Assembly (NCBI RefSeq): GCF_003018235.1 | Contig: NZ_CP027437.1 | DNA length: 64,000 nucleotides | Direction: 5' to 3' (one strand) | From: Escherichia coli | GTDB lineage: Bacteria > Pseudomonadota > Gammaproteobacteria > Enterobacterales > Enterobacteriaceae | Shown: positions 59,990-64,000 of the stretch, in pieces | How the letters are laid out: each line of letters starts with the position of its first letter | Position numbering within the stretch: the stretch's first letter is position 1 | The notes under the pieces: generated by a model | The model's database searches: none | Told to the model about the DNA's origin: nothing | The model's input: the letters and a program-made list of their open reading frames with translations, nothing else | Made by a program: the position numbers and the translations under genes

Positions 59990-60997
59990 ATGAGTCTGGA
60001 TGTCAACCAGATTGCTCTGCACCAGCTTATCAAGCGTGATGAGCAGAACCTTGAGCTGGTGTTGCGCGATTCATTGCTGGAACCGACGGAAACCGTCGTT
60101 GAGATGGTGGCAGAACTGCATCGGGTCTATAGCGCCAAAAATAAAGCTTACGGCTTGTTTAGCGAAGAGAGTGAACTGGCGCAGACGCTGCGCTTACAGC
60201 GTCAGGGCGAAGAGGACTTTCTGGCATTTAGCCGCGCGGCAACCGGTCGCCTGCGTGACGAATTAGCGAAATATCCTTTTGCTGACGGTGGATTCGTGCT
60301 GTTTTGCCACTATCGCTATCTGGCGGTGGAGTATCTGCTGGTGGCAGTTCTGAGTAACCTGAGCAGTATGCGTGTTAACGAAAATCTCGACATCAACCCA
60401 ACTCATTATCTTGATATCAATCATGCGGATATTGTTGCGCGTATCGATTTAACCGAGTGGGAAACCAATCCAGAGTCGACCCGCTATCTCACTTTCCTGA
60501 AAGGGCGAGTAGGGCGCAAAGTGGCGGATTTCTTTATGGATTTCCTCGGTGCCAGCGAAGGGTTAAACGCGAAAGCGCAAAACCGTGGGCTGTTGCAAGC
60601 GGTCGATGATTTCACTGCCGAAGCACAACTGGATAAAGCAGAGCGACAGAACGTGCGCCAGCAGGTTTATAGCTACTGTAATGAGCAGCTACAGGCAGGT
60701 GAAGAGATTGAACTGGAATCGCTGTCGAAAGAGCTGGCAGGCGTCAGCGAAGTGAGCTTCACGGAGTTTGCGGCTGAAAAAGGCTACGAACTGGAAGAGA
60801 GCTTCCCGGCAGACCGTAGCACACTGCGTCAGTTGACGAAGTTTGCCGGTAGCGGCGGTGGCTTGACTATTAACTTTGATGCGATGCTGTTAGGTGAACG
60901 CATCTTCTGGGATCCAGCCACCGATACCCTGACCATTAAAGGCACGCCGCCGAATTTGCGCGATCAATTGCAGCGCCGGACGTCTGGCGGCAATTAA
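59990..60997 (+). CDS. yejK: nucleoid-associated protein YejK (NdpA), 335 aa
   Basis: ORF with N-terminus [19 protein letters not shown]; synteny. Confidence 0.85.
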   Translation: MSLDVNQIALHQLIKRDEQNLELVLRDSLLEPTETVVEMVAELHRVYSAKNKAYGLFSEESELAQTLRLQRQGEEDFLAFSRAATGRLRDELAKYPFADGGFVLFCHYRYLAVEYLLVAVLSNLSSMRVNENLDINPTHYLDINHADIVARIDLTEWETNPESTRYLTFLKGRVGRKVADFFMDFLGASEGLNAKAQNRGLLQAVDDFTAEAQLDKAERQNVRQQVYSYCNEQLQAGEEIELESLSKELAGVSEVSFTEFAAEKGYELEESFPADRSTLRQLTKFAGSGGGLTINFDAMLLGERIFWDPATDTLTIKGTPPNLRDQLQRRTSGGN

Positions 60998-61009
60998 TCG
61001 GTTTTGTGT

Positions 61010-61060
61010 TCTGAATGCCAGATGCGGCGTGAACGCCTTATCTGGCCTGCAAAAAATAGC
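61010..61060. repeat. REP palindromic unit downstream of yejK
   Basis: GCCAGATGCGGCGTGAACGCCTTATCTGGCC matches the REP consensus. Confidence 0.7.
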
Positions 61061-61092
61061 AATACCGTAATCAGGCATATTCTGCAGATACA

Positions 61093-61120
61093 AAAAACCC
61101 CGCCGGAGCGGGGTTTTTTA
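61093..61120. terminator. bidirectional rho-independent terminator between yejK and rplY
   Basis: AAAAAACCCCGCCGGAGCGGGGTTTTTT: perfect hairpin flanked by A- and T-runs. Confidence 0.8.
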
Positions 61121-61135
61121 CAACTTATTCAGCAA

Positions 61136-61528
<393 letters not shown>

Positions 61529-61544
61529 TCAATCAAAACTACCA

Positions 61545-63305
61545 TTAACCGCGTAATTCGTGCGCCCGACGAAAACGACCTTCGTAATCGAACACTTTTT
61601 CACGCACTTGCCAGTACTGACCTTTCATGCGGGCGACGACAAAATCCGGGTGTCGCAGTAATGCTTGCTGGGCGAGGATATCGGCGGCGGTGATCCAGCG
61701 CAGAGGGATGCCCGGTGTGCGCGTATGCGGACGGATAAAAAGTTGTTCGAAGGCGGTACGCTGGGCGGGCGTTTGTAGACGGAAACGCTCACTCACATCC
61801 GCGCCGTCTTCATCGTAATAGGTGATTTTCAACCATTCGCCTTTCTCGTCGTGCCCATGCTGCAAAGACATGCCGCTACAGCGTAATACCAGCGCGTCTT
61901 TCAGTCGTAGCGCCGCTTTTAACATATCATCCGGATCAACCAGTACGGTGTCACATTCGCGGCAGCGGCGGGCGGCAATATCATTTTCTGCGTTACATTG
62001 CGGGCAATTTTTAAAACGGAAACGGAAGTCACACTGTTCTCGATGACCGTCGTCATCTTCAAACCATCCCTGACAGCGACGACCAAAGTGTTCAATCAAT
62101 GTCCCGTCAGCGGTCGTTTTCCCCCAAAAGGTGTTGGCAAAACCGCAGGCAGGGCAGAAAACCTGTACCGGGACGTTGTCACTTTTGCCTTTCGGTGTAC
62201 CAACTTCCGGCGCGTAGAGATCGTGAGGATTACCCGCATAATCAAGAATTAAGCAATCAGTCTTGCCAGGAGCGAGACGCAGACCGCGCCCGACAATTTG
62301 TTGGTAAAGACTCACCGATTCGGTAGGGCGCAGAATGGCGATAAGATCGACGTGCGGGGCGTCAAATCCGGTGGTCAGTACCGCGACGTTGACCAGATAG
62401 CGAAAACGCTGGGCTTTAAAATCTTCAATTAACACATCGCGCTCAGCGCCGGGTGTGTCTCCAGTAATCAGTGCAGCATCTTCGGCAGGCAGCAGTCCCA
62501 CTATCTCCTTGGCGTGTTCAACGGTGGCGGCGAAAATCATCACTCCTTTACGCTTTTCGGCGAACTCCATAATCTGGCTGATGATGTGGGGGGTAATACG
62601 TTGCTGTTTTTTCAGCTCACGGTTGAGATCGGCTTCACTGAACAAACCGTTACTCTGTGCCTGCAAGCGGCTGAAATCGTATTGCACTACTGGCATATCC
62701 AGTCGTTCTGGCGGCGTCAGATAGCCGTGTTTAATCATATAACGCAGCGGCAGCTCATAAATGCAGTCACGGAAAAGGGCTTTCTCATCCCCGCGTACCA
62801 TGCCGTGATAATGGAACTGGTAGATCCAGCCTTTGCCCAGTCGAAAAGGCGTGGCAGTCAGCCCCAGCAGGCGTAAGTGGGGATTCACTTTGGTCAGGTG
62901 AGTGAGGATTTGCTGATACTGGCTCTCTTCATCGTCACCAATACGGTGACATTCATCGACAATCAACAGCGAAAATTCACCCTGAAAGGCATCAAGATTA
63001 CGGGCGACCGACTGCACGCTGCCAAATACCACTTTACCGTGGCTCTCTTTGCGCTTTAGCCCGGCGGCAAAAATATCGGCTTCCAGTCCCAGTGCCTGAT
63101 ATTTTGCATGGTTTTGCGCCACCAGTTCTTTAACATGTGCCAGCACCAGCACGCGACCACGAGCCAGCCGCGCCAGTTCCGCTATCACCAGGCTTTTACC
63201 TGCACCGGTGGGCAGCACGATAACGGCAGGGGTTTTATGACGACGAAAATGGTTGAGCGTGGCATCCACGGCTTCTTGCTGATATGGGCGGAGTGTAAAA
63301 ATCAT
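61545..63305 (-). CDS. radD: ATP-dependent DNA repair helicase RadD (YejH), 586 aa
   Basis: Superfamily-2 helicase motifs (PTGAGKS Walker A, DECH box) and C-terminal Cys-rich zinc-finger region. Confidence 0.85.
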   Translation of the reverse strand: MIFTLRPYQQEAVDATLNHFRRHKTPAVIVLPTGAGKSLVIAELARLARGRVLVLAHVKELVAQNHAKYQALGLEADIFAAGLKRKESHGKVVFGSVQSVARNLDAFQGEFSLLIVDECHRIGDDEESQYQQILTHLTKVNPHLRLLGLTATPFRLGKGWIYQFHYHGMVRGDEKALFRDCIYELPLRYMIKHGYLTPPERLDMPVVQYDFSRLQAQSNGLFSEADLNRELKKQQRITPHIISQIMEFAEKRKGVMIFAATVEHAKEIVGLLPAEDAALITGDTPGAERDVLIEDFKAQRFRYLVNVAVLTTGFDAPHVDLIAILRPTESVSLYQQIVGRGLRLAPGKTDCLILDYAGNPHDLYAPEVGTPKGKSDNVPVQVFCPACGFANTFWGKTTADGTLIEHFGRRCQGWFEDDDGHREQCDFRFRFKNCPQCNAENDIAARRCRECDTVLVDPDDMLKAALRLKDALVLRCSGMSLQHGHDEKGEWLKITYYDEDGADVSERFRLQTPAQRTAFEQLFIRPHTRTPGIPLRWITAADILAQQALLRHPDFVVARMKGQYWQVREKVFDYEGRFRRAHELRG

Positions 63306-63454
63306 GGTCTCGCGTAGGTAGATTATTCTGCTAATAGTATGCCACGGATCTTTTTCCCTTGAGGGAAGTTATTAGACCGCTATACTGGGCAGACAACAGT
63401 TCAGATTTTCGGGTCATTACCCGACCTCCGTTTTTTACAGGCAAAATCACACAC

Positions 63455-64000
63455 ATGCGACTTGATAAATTTATCGCACAGCAACTCGGCGTTAGCCGTG
63501 CTATTGCCGGGCGTGAAATCCGCGGCAATCGTGTCACCGTCGATGGCGAAATCGTCCGTAATGCAGCGTTCAAACTGCTCCCTGAACATGATGTCGCTTA
63601 CGATGGCAACCCGCTGGCGCAGCAACACGGTCCACGTTACTTCATGCTCAATAAGCCTCAGGGCTATGTTTGCTCCACGGACGACCCTGATCACCCAACG
63701 GTGCTCTATTTTCTGGATGAACCGGTAGCGTGGAAACTGCACGCCGCAGGGCGTCTGGATATCGATACCACCGGTCTGGTGCTGATGACAGATGATGGTC
63801 AGTGGTCGCACCGCATTACTTCTCCGCGCCATCATTGTGAGAAGACCTATCTGGTGACGCTGGAATCACCCGTAGCTGACGATACGGCAGAGCAATTTGC
63901 TAAAGGCGTGCAGCTGCATAACGAAAAAGATCTCACTAAGCCGGCGGTGCTGGAAGTGATTACCCCAACGCAGGTTCGTTTGACCATCAGCGAAGGGCGT
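63455..64000 (+). CDS. rsuA: 16S rRNA pseudouridine516 synthase RsuA, N-terminal part; 3' end beyond the window
   Basis: Hand translation from ATG 63455: [32 protein letters not shown] (S4 domain) ... [15 protein letters not shown] (pseudouridine synthase catalytic motif); frame still open at 64000. Confidence 0.8.

Overview
This window reads as an Escherichia coli chromosomal segment (not K-12, judging by the ompC allele and an intact yejO), running yfaA-yfaT-yfaS-yfaQ-yfaP, atoBEAD/atoCS, rcsC/rcsB/rcsD, micF/ompC, apbE, ada-alkB, yojI, mqo, eco, napFDAGHBC, ccmABCDEFGH, narP, yejO, then an accessory island of about 10.4 kb next to tRNA-Pro (proL), then yejM, yejL, yejK, rplY, radD(yejH), rsuA. 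Gene identities rest on reading the supplied ORF translations, conserved motifs and remembered E. coli gene order; no database search was run. The core region is ordinary and well known. The only accessory DNA is the island at about 47.3-57.65 kb. It carries a P4-type integrase beside the tRNA, an AlpA-like regulator, a P-loop replication ATPase preceded by three small AT-rich ORFs, a divergent switch-like region with operator-like repeats and two tiny genes, a second integrase with a PerC-like small protein, and a lone prohead-protease/major-capsid fusion gene. It also contains a pair of conserved GC-rich repeats of about 65 bp and short repeats (CGTATAAC, TCCGGTG) near both ends. I could not assign any known defence system; the small-gene cassettes and the repeats are the best candidates for something undescribed. 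yfaS is frameshifted, as in K-12.
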